From assembly GCA_964016885.1 (NCBI GenBank), contig OZ024741.1, positions 409,014,001 to 409,078,000 of the forward strand: a stretch of 64,000 bases of DNA, given 5' to 3'. The notes below the pieces were generated by a model. The model had not been told where the DNA came from, did no database searches, and was given only the letters and a program-made list of their open reading frames with translations. Source of the stretch: Eledone cirrhosa. Lineage: Eukaryota. Shown piece by piece: positions 25,601 through 38,639 of the stretch (the stretch's first letter is position 1; every line of letters starts with the position of its first letter). Position numbers and translations under genes: made by a program.

Positions 25601-28600
25601 CAAAAGGAAGACTATGTACCTATTTTAAAAGGGAGACTGTGTACCTATTTTAAGAGGAAGAAGATACCTATTTTAAAAGGAAGACTGTGTACCTATTTTA
25701 AAAGGGAGACTGCACCTATTTTAAAAGGGAGATTGTACCTATTTTAAAAGGAAGACTGTACCTATTTTAGAAGGAAGACTGTACCTATTTTAAAAGGAAG
25801 ACTGTGTACCTCTTTTAAAAGGAAGACAATACCTATTTAAAAATGAAGGCTGTGTACCTGTTTTAAAAGGGAGACTGTGTACCTATTTTAAAAGGGAGAC
25901 TCTGTACCTATTTTAAAAGGGAGACTGTGTACCTATTTTAAATGGAAGACTGTACCTATTTGAAAAGGAAGACTCTACCTATTTTAAAAGGAAGACTGTA
26001 TCTATTTTAAAAAGAAGACTGTACCTATTTTAAATGGAAGACTGTACCTATTTTAAAAGGAAGATTGTGTACCTATTTTAAAAGAGAGACTGTACCTATT
26101 TTAAAGGGAAGACTGTACTTATTTTAAAAGGAAGACTGTACCTATTTTAAAAGGGAGACTGTGTACCTATTTTAAAAGGGAGACTGTACCTATTTTAAAA
26201 GGAAGTCTGTGTACCTATTTTAAAAGGGAGACTCTACCTATTTTAAAAGGAAGACTGTACCTATTTTAAAAGGAAGACTGTACCTATTTTAAAAGGAAGA
26301 CTGTGTACCTATTTTAAAAAAGAGACTGTGTACCTATTTTAAAAGGGAGACTTACCTATTTTAAAAGGAAGACTCTACCTATATAAAAAGGAAGACTGTA
26401 CCTATTTTAAAAGGGAGACTGTGTACCTATTTTAAAAGGTAGACTGTACCTATTTTAAAAGGAAGACTGTACCTATTTTAAAAGGAAGACTGTGTACCTA
26501 TTTTAAAAGGGAGACTGTGTACCTATTTTAAAAGAAAGACTGTCTACCTATTTTAAAAGGGAGACTGTGTACCTATTTTAAAAGGAAGACTGTGTACCTA
26601 TTTTAAAAGGGAGACTTACCTATTTTGAAAGGAAGACTGTGTACCTATTTTAAAAGGAAGACTGTGTACCTATTTTAAAAGGGAGACTGTGTACCTATAT
26701 TAAAAGGGAGACTGTGTACGTATTTTAAAAGGAAGACTGTGTACCTATTTTAAATGGGAGACTGTACCTATTTTAAAAAAAAGACTGTACCTATTTTAAA
26801 AGGAAGACCGTACCTATTGTAAAAGGAAGACTGTGTACTTATTTTAAAAGGGAGACTGTACCTATTTTAAAAGGAAGACTCTACCTATTTTAAAAGGAAG
26901 ACTGTGTACCTATTTTAAAAGGGAGACTGTACCTATTGTAAAAGGAAGACTGTACCTATTTTAAAAGGAAGACTGTGTACCTATTTTAAAAGGAAGACTG
27001 TACCTATTTTAAAAGGGAGACTTTGTACCTATTTTAAAAGGAAGACTGTACCTATTTTAAAAGGAAGACTGTACCTATTTTAAAAGGAAGACTGTACCTA
27101 TTTTAAAAAGAAGACTGTACCTATTTTAAAAGGAAGACTGTACCTATTTTAAAAGGAAGATTGTGTACCTATTTTAAAAGAGAGACTGTACCTATTTTAA
27201 AAGGAAGACTGTACTTATTTTAAAAGGAAGACTGTACCTATTTTAAAAGGGAGACTGTGTACCTATTTTAAAAGGGAGACTGTACCTATTTTAAAAGGAA
27301 GACTGTGTACCTGTTTTAAAAGGGAGACTGTACCTATTTTAAAAGGGAGACTGTACCTATTTTAAAAGGGAGACTGTACCTATTTTAAAAGGAAGACTGT
27401 ACCTATTTTAAAAGGAAGACTGTGTACCTATTTTAAAAGGAAGGCTGTGTACCTATTTTAAAAGGGAGACTATGTACCTATTTTAAGAGGAAGCAGATAC
27501 CTATTTTAAAAGGAAGACTGTGTACCTATTTTAAAAGGGAGACTGTACCTATTTTAAAAGGAAGACTGTGTACCTATTTTAAAAGGAATACTGTACCTAT
27601 TTTAAAAGGAAGATTGTGTACCTATTTTAAAAGAGAGACTGTACCTATTTTAAAAGGAAGACTGTACTTATTTTAAAAGGAAGACTGTACCTATTTTAAA
27701 AGGAAGACTGTGTACCTATTTTAAAAGGGAGACTGCACCTATTTTAAAAGGGAGATTGTACCTATTTTAAAAGGAAGACTGTACCTATTTTAGAAGGAAG
27801 ACTGTACCTATTTTAAAAGGAAGACTGTGTACCTATTTTAAAAGGAAGACAATACCTATTTTAAAATGAAGGCTGTGTACCTGTTTTAAAAGGGAGACTG
27901 TGTACCTATTTTAAAAGGGAGACTGTGTACCTATTTTAAAAGGGAGACTGTGTACCTATTTTAAATGGAAGACTGTACCTATTTGAAAAGGAAGACTCTA
28001 CCTATTTTAAAAGGAAGACTGTATCTATTTTAAAAAGAAGACTGTACCTATTTTAAATGGAAGACTGTACCTATTTTAAAAGGAAGATTGTGTACCTATT
28101 TTAAAAGAGAGACTGTACCTATTTTAAAGGGAAGACTGTACTTATTTTAAAAGGAAGACTGTACCTATTTTAAAAGGGAGACTGTGTACCTATTTTAAAA
28201 GGGAGACTGTACCTATTTTAAAAGGAAGTCTGTGTACCTATTTTAAAAGGGAGACTCTACCTATTTTAAAAGGAAGACTGTACCTATTTTAAAAGGAAGA
28301 CTGTACCTATTTTAAAAGGAAGACTGTGTACCTATTTTAAAAAAGAGACTGTGTACCTATTTTAAAAGGGAGACTTACCTATTTTAAAAGGAAGACTCTA
28401 CCTATATAAAAAGGAAGACTGTACCTATTTTAAAAGGGAGACTGTGTACCTGTTTTAAAAGGGAGACTGTACCTATTTTAAAAGGAAGACTGTACCTATT
28501 TTAAAAGGAAGACTGTGTACCTATTTTAAAAGGGAGACTGTGTACCTATTTTAAAAGAAAGACTGTGTACCTATTTTAAAAGGGAGACTGTGTACCTATT

Positions 28601-31600
28601 TTAAAAGGAAGACTGTGTACCTATTTTAAAAGGGAGACTTACCTATTTTGAAAGGAAGACTGTGTACCTATTTTAAAAGGAAGACTGTGTACCTATTTTA
28701 AAAGGGAGACTGTGTACCTATATTAAAAGGGAGACTGTGTACGTATTTTAAAAGGAAGACTGTGTACCTATTTTAAATGGGAGACTGTACCTATTTGAAA
28801 AAAAAGACTGTACCTATTTTAAAAGGAAGACCGTACCTATTTTAAAAGGAAGACTGTGTACTTATTTTGAAAGGGAGACTGTACCTATTTTAAAAGGAAG
28901 ACTGTGTACCTATTTTAAAAGGAAGACTGTACCTATTTTAAAAGGGAGACTTTGTACCTATTTTAAAAGGAAGACTGTACCTATTTTAAAAGGAAGACTG
29001 TACCTATTTTAAAAGGAAGACTGTACCTATTTTAAAAAGAAGACTGTACCTATTTTAAAAGGAAGACTGTACCTATTTTAAAAGGAAGATTGTGTACCTA
29101 TTTTAAAAGAGAGACTGTACCTATTTTAAAAGGAAGACTGTACTTATTTTAAAAGGAAGACTGTACCTATTTTAAAAGGGAGACTGTGTACCTATTTTAA
29201 AAGGGAGACTGTACCTATTTTAAAAGGAAGACTGTGTACCTGTTTTAAAAGGGAGACTGTACCTATTTTAAAAGGGAGACTGTACCTATTTTAAAAGGGA
29301 GACTGTACCTATTTTAAAAGGAAGACTGTACCTATTTTAAAAGGAAGACTGTGTACCTATTTTAAAAGGAAGGCTGTGTACCTATTTTAAAAGGGAGACT
29401 ATGTACCTATTTTAAGAGGAAGCAGATACCTATTTTAAAAGGAAGACTGTGTACCTATTTTAAAAGGGAGACTGTACCTATTTTAAAAGGAAGACTGTGT
29501 ACCTATTTTAAAAGGAATACTGTACCTATTTTAAAAGGAAGACTGTGTACCTATATTAAAACGGAGACTGTGTACGTATTTTAAAAGGAAGACTGTGTAC
29601 CTATTTTAAAAGGGAGACTTACCTATTTTAAAAGGAAGACTGTACCTATTTTAAAAGGAAGACTGTACCTATTTTAAAAGGAAGACTGTGTACCTATTTT
29701 AAAAGGGAGACTGTACCTATTTTAAAAGGAAGACTCTACCTATTTTAAAAGGAAGACTGTACCTATTTTAAAAGGAAGACTGTGTACCTATTTTAAAAGG
29801 AAGACTGTACCTATTTTAAAATGAAGACTGTGTACCTGTTTTAAAAGGGAGACTGTGTACCTATTTTAAAAGGAAGACTGTGTACCTATTTTAAAAGGGA
29901 GACTGCACCTATTTTAAAAGGGAGATTGTACCTATTTTAAAAGGAAGACTGTACCTATTTTAGAAGGAAGACTGTACCTATTTTAAAAGGAAGACTGTGT
30001 ACCTATTTTAAAAGGAAGACTTACCTATTTCAAAAGGAAGACTATGTACCTATTTTAAAAGGGAGACTGTGTACCTATTTTAAGAGGAAGAAGATACCTA
30101 TTTTAAAAGGAAGACTGTGTACCTATTTTAAAAGGGAGACTGCACCTATTTTAAAAGGGAGATTGTACCTATTTTAAAAGGAAGACTGTACCTATTTTAG
30201 AAGGAAGACTGTACCTATTTTAAAAGGAAGACTGTGTACCTATTTTAAAAGGAAGACAATACCTATTTTAAAATGAAGGCTGTGTACCTGTTTTAAAAGG
30301 GAGACTGTGTACCTATTTTAAAAGGGAGACTGTGTACCTATTTTAAAAGGGAGACTGTGTACCTATTTTAAATGGAAGACTGTACCTATTTGAAAAGGAA
30401 GACTCTACCTATTTTAAAAGGAAGACTGTATCTATTTTAAAAAGAAGACTGTACCTATTTTAAATGGAAGACTGTACCTATTTTAAAAGGAAGACTGTGT
30501 ACCTATTTTAAGAGGAAGACTGTACCTATTTTAAAATGAAGACTGTGTACCTGTTTTAAAAGGGAGACTGTGTACCTATTTTAAAAGGGAGACGGTGTAC
30601 CTATTTTAAAAGGAAGACTGTACCTATTTTAAAATGAAGACTGTGTACCTGTTTTAAAAGGGAGACTGTGTACCTATTTTAAAAGGGAGACTGTGTACCT
30701 ATTTTAAAAGGAAGACTTACCTATTTTAAAAGGAAGACTGTGTACCTATTTTAAAAGGGAGACTGTACCTATTTTAAAAGGAAGACTGTGTACGTATTTT
30801 AAAAGGGAGACTGTGTACCTATTTTAAAAAGAAGACTGTACCTATTTTAAAAGGAAGACTCTACCTATTTTAAAAGGAAGACTGTGTACCTATTTTAAAA
30901 GGGAGACTGCACCTATTTTAAAAGGGAGATTGTACCTATTTTAAAAGGAAGACTGTACCTATTTTAGAAGGAAGACTGTACCTATTTTAAAAGGAAGACT
31001 GTGTACCTATTTTAAAAGGAAGACTTACCTATTTCAAAAGGAAGACTATGTACCTATTTTAAAAGGGAGACTGTGTACCTATTTTAAGAGGAAGAAGATA
31101 CCTATTTTAAAAGGAAGACTGTGTACCTATTTTAAAAGGGAGACTGCACCTATTTTAAAAGGGAGATTGTACCTATTTTAAAAGGAAGACTGTACCTATT
31201 TTAGAAGGAAGACTGTACCTATTTTAAAAGGAAGACTGTGTACCTCTTTTAAAAGGAAGACAATACCTATTTAAAAATGAAGGCTGTGTACCTGTTTTAA
31301 AAGGGAGACTGTGTACCTATTTTAAAAGGGAGACTCTGTACCTATTTTAAAAGGGAGACTGTGTACCTATTTTAAATGGAAGACTGTACCTATTTGAAAA
31401 GGAAGACTCTACCTATTTTAAAAGGAAGACTGTATCTATTTTAAAAAGAAGACTGTACCTATTTTAAATGGAAGACTGTACCTATTTTAAAAGGAAGATT
31501 GTGTACCTATTTTAAAAGAGAGACTGTACCTATTTTAAAGGGAAGACTGTACTTATTTTAAAAGGAAGACTGTACCTATTTTAAAAGGGAGACTGTGTAC

Positions 31601-34600
31601 CTATTTTAAAAGGGAGACTGTACCTATTTTAAAAGGAAGTCTGTGTACCTATTTTAAAAGGGAGACTCTACCTATTTTAAAAGGAAGACTGTACCTATTT
31701 TAAAAGGAAGACTGTACCTATTTTAAAAGGAAGACTGTGTACCTATTTTAAAAAAGAGACTGTGTACCTATTTTAAAAGGGAGACTTACCTATTTTAAAA
31801 GGAAGACTCTACCTATATAAAAAGGAAGACTGTACCTATTTTAAAAGGGAGACTGTGTACCTATTTTAAAAGGTAGACTGTACCTATTTTAAAAGGAAGA
31901 CTGTACCTATTTTAAAAGGAAGACTGTGTACCTATTTTAAAAGGGAGACTGTGTACCTATTTTAAAAGAAAGACTGTCTACCTATTTTAAAAGGGAGACT
32001 GTGTACCTATTTTAAAAGGAAGACTGTGTACCTATTTTAAAAGGGAGACTTACCTATTTTGAAAGGAAGACTGTGTACCTATTTTAAAAGGAAGACTGTG
32101 TACCTATTTTAAAAGGGAGACTGTGTACCTATATTAAAAGGGAGACTGTGTACGTATTTTAAAAGGAAGACTGTGTACCTATTTTAAATGGGAGACTGTA
32201 CCTATTTTAAAAAAAAGACTGTACCTATTTTAAAAGGAAGACCGTACCTATTGTAAAAGGAAGACTGTGTACTTATTTTAAAAGGGAGACTGTACCTATT
32301 TTAAAAGGAAGACTCTACCTATTTTAAAAGGAAGACTGTGTACCTATTTTAAAAGGGAGACTGTACCTATTGTAAAAGGAAGACTGTACCTATTTTAAAA
32401 GGAAGACTGTGTACCTATTTTAAAAGGAAGACTGTACCTATTTTAAAAGGGAGACTTTGTACCTATTTTAAAAGGAAGACTGTACCTATTTTAAAAGGAA
32501 GACTGTACCTATTTTAAAAGGAAGACTGTACCTATTTTAAAAAGAAGACTGTACCTATTTTAAAAGGAAGACTGTACCTATTTTAAAAGGAAGATTGTGT
32601 ACCTATTTTAAAAGAGAGACTGTACCTATTTTAAAAGGAAGACTGTACTTATTTTAAAAGGAAGACTGTACCTATTTTAAAAGGGAGACTGTGTACCTAT
32701 TTTAAAAGGGAGACTGTACCTATTTTAAAAGGAAGACTGTGTACCTGTTTTAAAAGGGAGACTGTACCTATTTTAAAAGGGAGACTGTACCTATTTTAAA
32801 AGGGAGACTGTACCTATTTTAAAAGGAAGACTGTACCTATTTTAAAAGGAAGACTGTGTACCTATTTTAAAAGGAAGGCTGTGTACCTATTTTAAAAGGG
32901 AGACTATGTACCTATTTTAAGAGGAAGCAGATACCTATTTTAAAAGGAAGACTGTGTACCTATTTTAAAAGGGAGACTGTACCTATTTTAAAAGGAAGAC
33001 TGTGTACCTATTTTAAAAGGAATACTGTACCTATTTTAAAAGGAAGATTGTGTACCTATTTTAAAAGAGAGACTGTACCTATTTTAAAAGGAAGACTGTA
33101 CTTATTTTAAAAGGAAGACTGTACCTATTTTAAAAGGAAGACTGTGTACCTATTTTAAAAGGGAGACTGCACCTATTTTAAAAGGGAGATTGTACCTATT
33201 TTAAAAGGAAGACTGTACCTATTTTAGAAGGAAGACTGTACCTATTTTAAAAGGAAGACTGTGTACCTATTTTAAAAGGAAGACAATACCTATTTTAAAA
33301 TGAAGGCTGTGTACCTGTTTTAAAAGGGAGACTGTGTACCTATTTTAAAAGGGAGACTGTGTACCTATTTTAAAAGGGAGACTGTGTACCTATTTTAAAT
33401 GGAAGACTGTACCTATTTGAAAAGGAAGACTCTACCTATTTTAAAAGGAAGACTGTATCTATTTTAAAAAGAAGACTGTACCTATTTTAAATGGAAGACT
33501 GTACCTATTTTAAAAGGAAGATTGTGTACCTATTTTAAAAGAGAGACTGTACCTATTTTAAAGGGAAGACTGTACTTATTTTAAAAGGAAGACTGTACCT
33601 ATTTTAAAAGGGAGACTGTGTACCTATTTTAAAAGGGAGACTGTACCTATTTTAAAAGGAAGTCTGTGTACCTATTTTAAAAGGGAGACTCTACCTATTT
33701 TAAAAGGAAGACTGTACCTATTTTAAAAGGAAGACTGTACCTATTTTAAAAGGAAGACTGTGTACCTATTTTAAAAAAGAGACTGTGTACCTATTTTAAA
33801 AGGGAGACTTACCTATTTTAAAAGGAAGACTCTACCTATATAAAAAGGAAGACTGTACCTATTTTAAAAGGGAGACTGTGTACCTGTTTTAAAAGGGAGA
33901 CTGTACCTATTTTAAAAGGAAGACTGTACCTATTTTAAAAGGAAGACTGTGTACCTATTTTAAAAGGGAGACTGTGTACCTATTTTAAAAGAAAGACTGT
34001 GTACCTATTTTAAAAGGGAGACTGTGTACCTATTTTAAAAGGAAGACTGTGTACCTATTTTAAAAGGGAGACTTACCTATTTTGAAAGGAAGACTGTGTA
34101 CCTATTTTAAAAGGAAGACTGTGTACCTATTTTAAAAGGGAGACTGTGTACCTATATTAAAAGGGAGACTGTGTACGTATTTTAAAAGGAAGACTGTGTA
34201 CCTATTTTAAATGGGAGACTGTACCTATTTGAAAAAAAAGACTGTACCTATTTTAAAAGGAAGACCGTACCTATTTTAAAAGGAAGACTGTGTACTTATT
34301 TTGAAAGGGAGACTGTACCTATTTTAAAAGGAAGACTGTGTACCTATTTTAAAAGGAAGACTGTACCTATTTTAAAAGGGAGACTTTGTACCTATTTTAA
34401 AAGGAAGACTGTACCTATTTTAAAAGGAAGACTGTACCTATTTTAAAAGGAAGACTGTACCTATTTTAAAAAGAAGACTGTACCTATTTTAAAAGGAAGA
34501 CTGTACCTATTTTAAAAGGAAGATTGTGTACCTATTTTAAAAGAGAGACTGTACCTATTTTAAAAGGAAGACTGTACTTATTTTAAAAGGAAGACTGTAC

Positions 34601-35270
34601 CTATTTTAAAAGGGAGACTGTGTACCTATTTTAAAAGGGAGACTGTACCTATTTTAAAAGGAAGACTGTGTACCTGTTTTAAAAGGGAGACTGTACCTAT
34701 TTTAAAAGGGAGACTGTACCTATTTTAAAAGGGAGACTGTACCTATTTTAAAAGGAAGACTGTACCTATTTTAAAAGGAAGACTGTGTACCTATTTTAAA
34801 AGGGAGACTATGTACCTATTTTAAGAGGAAGCAGATACCTATTTTAAAAGGAAGACTGTGTACCTATTTTAAAAGGGAGACTGTACCTATTTTAAAAGGA
34901 AGACTGTGTACCTATTTTAAAAGGAATACTGTACCTATTTTAAAAGGAAGACTGTGTACCTATATTAAAACGGAGACTGTGTACGTATTTTAAAAGGAAG
35001 ACTGTGTACCTATTTTAAAAGGGAGACTTACCTATTTTAAAAGGAAGACTGTACCTATTTTAAAAGGAAGACTGTACCTATTTTAAAAGGAAGACTGTGT
35101 ACCTATTTTAAAAGGGAGACTGTACCTATTTTAAAAGGAAGACTCTACCTATTTTAAAAGGAAGACTGTACCTATTTTAAAAGGAAGACTGTGTACCTAT
35201 TTTAAAAGGAAGACTGTACCTATTTTAAAATGAAGACTGTGTACCTGTTTTAAAAGGGAGACTGTGTACC
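22270..35270 (+). repeat. Higher-order repeat, period 5434 bp (~230 monomers), about 2.4 copies
   Basis: CAATACC at 22416/27850/33284, 24823/30257 and 25827/31261, all offset by 5434. AAAACGGAG at 24128/29562 (5434) and 34971 (5409, one 25-bp monomer lost near 34800). Confidence 0.92.
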
Positions 35271-38200
35271 TATTTTAAAAGGGAGACTGTGTACCTATTT
35301 TAAAAGGAAGACTGTACCTATTTTAAAATGAAGACTGTGTACCTGTTTTAAAAGGGAGACTGTGTACCTATTTTAAAAGGGAGACTGTGTACCTATTTTA
35401 AAAGGAAGACTTACCTATTTTAAAAGGAAGACTGTGTACCTATTTTAAAAGGGAGACTGTACCTATTTTAAAAGGAAGACTGTGTACGTATTTTAAAAGG
35501 GAGACTGTGTACCTATTTTAAAAAGAAGACTGTACCTATTTTAAAAGGAAGACTCTACCAATTTTAAAAGGAAGACTGTGTACCTATTTTAAAAGGGAGA
35601 CTGCACCTATTTTAAAAGGGAGATTGTACCTATTTTAAAAGGAAGACTGTACCTATTTTAGAAGGAAGACTGTACCTATTTTAAAAGGAAGACTGTGTAC
35701 CTATTTTAAAAGGAAGACTTACCTATTTCAAAAGGAAGACTATGTACCTATTTTAAAAGGGAGACTGTGTACCTATTTTAAGAGGAAGAAGATACCTATT
35801 TTAAAAGGAAGACCGTGTACCTATATTAAAAGGGAGACTGTACCTATTTTAAAAGGAAGACTGTACCTATTTTAAAAGGAAGACTGTACATATTTTAAAA
35901 GGAAGACTGTGTACCTATTTTAAAAGGGAAACTGTGTACCTATTTTAAAAGGAAGACTGTACCTATTTTAAAAGGAAGACTGTACCTATTTTAAAAAGAA
36001 GACTGTACCTATTTTAAAAGGAAGACTGTACCTATTTTAAAAGGAAGATTGTGTACCTATTTTAAAAGAGAGACTGTACCTATTTTAAAAGGAAGACTGT
36101 ACTTATTTTAAAAGGAAGACTGTACCTATTTTAAAAGGGAGACTGTGTACCTATTTTAAAAGGAAGACTGTACCTATTTTAAAAGGAAGACTGTACCTAT
36201 TTTATAAAGAAGACTGTACCTATTTTAAAAGGAAGACTGTACCTATTTTAAAAGGAAGATTGTGTACCTATTTTAAAAGAGAGACTGTACCTATCTTAAA
36301 AGGAAGACTGTACTTATTTTAAAAGGAAGACTGTACCTATTTTAAAAGGGAGACTGTGTACCTATTTTAAAAGGGAGACTGTACCTATTTTAAAAGGAAG
36401 ACTGTGTACCTGTTTTAAAAGGGAGACTGTACCTATTTTAAAAGGGAGACTCTACCTATTTTAAAAGGAAGACTGTACCTATTTTAAAAGGGAGACTGTA
36501 CCTATTTTAAAACGAAGACTGTGTACGTATTTTAAAAGGGAGATGTACCTATTTTAAAAAGAAGACTGTACCTATTTTAAAAGGAAGACTCTACATATTT
36601 TAAAAGGAAGACTGTGTACTTATTTTAAAAGGGAGACTGCACCTATTTTAAAAGGGAGACTGTACCTATTTTAAAAGGAAGACTGTACCTATTTTAAAAG
36701 GAAGACTGTACCTATTTTAAAAGAAGACTGTGTACTTATTTTAAAAGGAAGACTGTGTACCTATTTTAAAAGGGAGACTATGTACCTATTTTAAGAGGAA
36801 GCAGATACCTATTTTAAAAGGAAGACTGTGTACCTATTTTAAAAGGGAGACTGTACCTATTTTAAAAGGAAGACTGTATCTATTTTAAAAGGAATACTGT
36901 ACTTATTTTAAAAGGAAGACTGTACCTATTTTAAAAAGAAGACTGTACCTATTTTAAAAGGAAGACTGTACCTATTTTAAAAGGAAGATTGTGTACCTAT
37001 TTTAAAAGAGAGACTGTACCTATTTTAAAAGGAAGACTGTACTTATTTTAAAAGGAAGACTGTACCTATTTTAAAAGGGAGACTGTGTACCTATTTTAAA
37101 AGGGAGACTGTACCTATTTTAAAAGGAAGACTGTGTACCTGTTTTAAAAGGGAGACTGTACCTATTTTAAAAGGGAGACTGTACCTATTTTAAAAGGGAG
37201 ACTGTACCTATTTTAAAAGGAAGACTGTACCTATTTTAAAAGGAAGACTGTGTACCTATTTTAAAAGGAAGGCTGTGTACCTATTTTAAAAGGGAGACTA
37301 TGTACCTATTTTAAGAGGAAGCAGATACCTATTTTAAAAGGAAGACTGTGTACCTATTTTAAAAGGGAGACTGTACCTATTTTAAAAGGAAGACTGTATC
37401 TATTTTAAAAGGAAGACTGTACCTATTTTAAAAGAGAGACTGTACCTATTTTAAAAGGAAGACTGTACTTATTTTAAAAGGAAGACTGTACCTATTTTAA
37501 AAGGGAGACTGTGTACCTATTTTAAAAGGGAGACTGTACCTATTTTAAAAGGAAGACTGTGTACCTGTTTTAAAAGGGAGACTGTACCTATTTTAAAAGG
37601 GAGACTGTACCTATTTTAAAAGGGAGACTGTACGTATTTTAAAAGGAAGACCGTGTACCTATTTTAAAAGGGAGACTTACCTATTTTAAAAGGAAGACTG
37701 TACCTATTTTAAAAGGAAGACTGTACCTATTTTAAAAGGAAGACTGTGTACCTATTTTAAAAGGGAGACTGTACCTATTTTAAAAGGAAGACTCTACCTA
37801 TTTTAAAAGGAAGACTGTACCTATTTTAAAAGGAAGACTGTGTACCTATTTTAAAAGGGAGACTTACCTATTTTAAAAGGAAGACTGTACCTATTTTAAA
37901 AGGAAGACTGTACCTATTTTAAAAGGAAGACTGTGTACCTATTTTAAAAGGAAGACTGTACCTATTTTAAAAGGAAGACTGTACCTATTTTAAAAAGAAG
38001 ACTGTACCTATGTTAAAAGGAAGACTGTACCTATTTTAAAAGGAAGATTGTGTACCTATTTTAAAAGAGAGACTGTACCTATCTTAAAAGGAAGACTGTA
38101 CTTATTTTAAAAGGAAGACTGTACCTATTTTAAAAGGGAGACTGTGTACCTATTTTAAAAGGGAGACTGTACCTATTTTAAAAGGAAGACTGTGTACCTG

Positions 38201-38639
38201 TTTTAAAAGGGAGACTTACCTATTTTAAAAGGAAGACTGTACCTATTTTAAAAGGAAGACTGTACCTATTTTGAAAGGAAGACTGTGTACCTATTTTAAC
38301 AGGGAGACTGTACCTATTTTAAAAGGAAGACTCTACCTATTTTAAAAGGAAGACTGTACCTATCTTAAAAGGAAGACTGTGTACCTATTTTAAAAGGAAG
38401 ACTGTACTTTTTTTAAAATGAAGACTGTGTACCTGTTTTAAAAGGGAGACTGTGTACCTATTTTAAAAGGGAGACTGTGTACCTATTTTAAAAGGAAGAA
38501 TTACCTATTTTAAAAGGAAGACTGTGTACCTATTTTAAAAGGGAGACTGTACCTATTTTAAAAGGAAGACTGTGTACGTATTTTAAAAGGAAGACTGTGT
38601 ACCTATTTTAAAAGGAAGACTCTACCTATTTTAAAAGGA

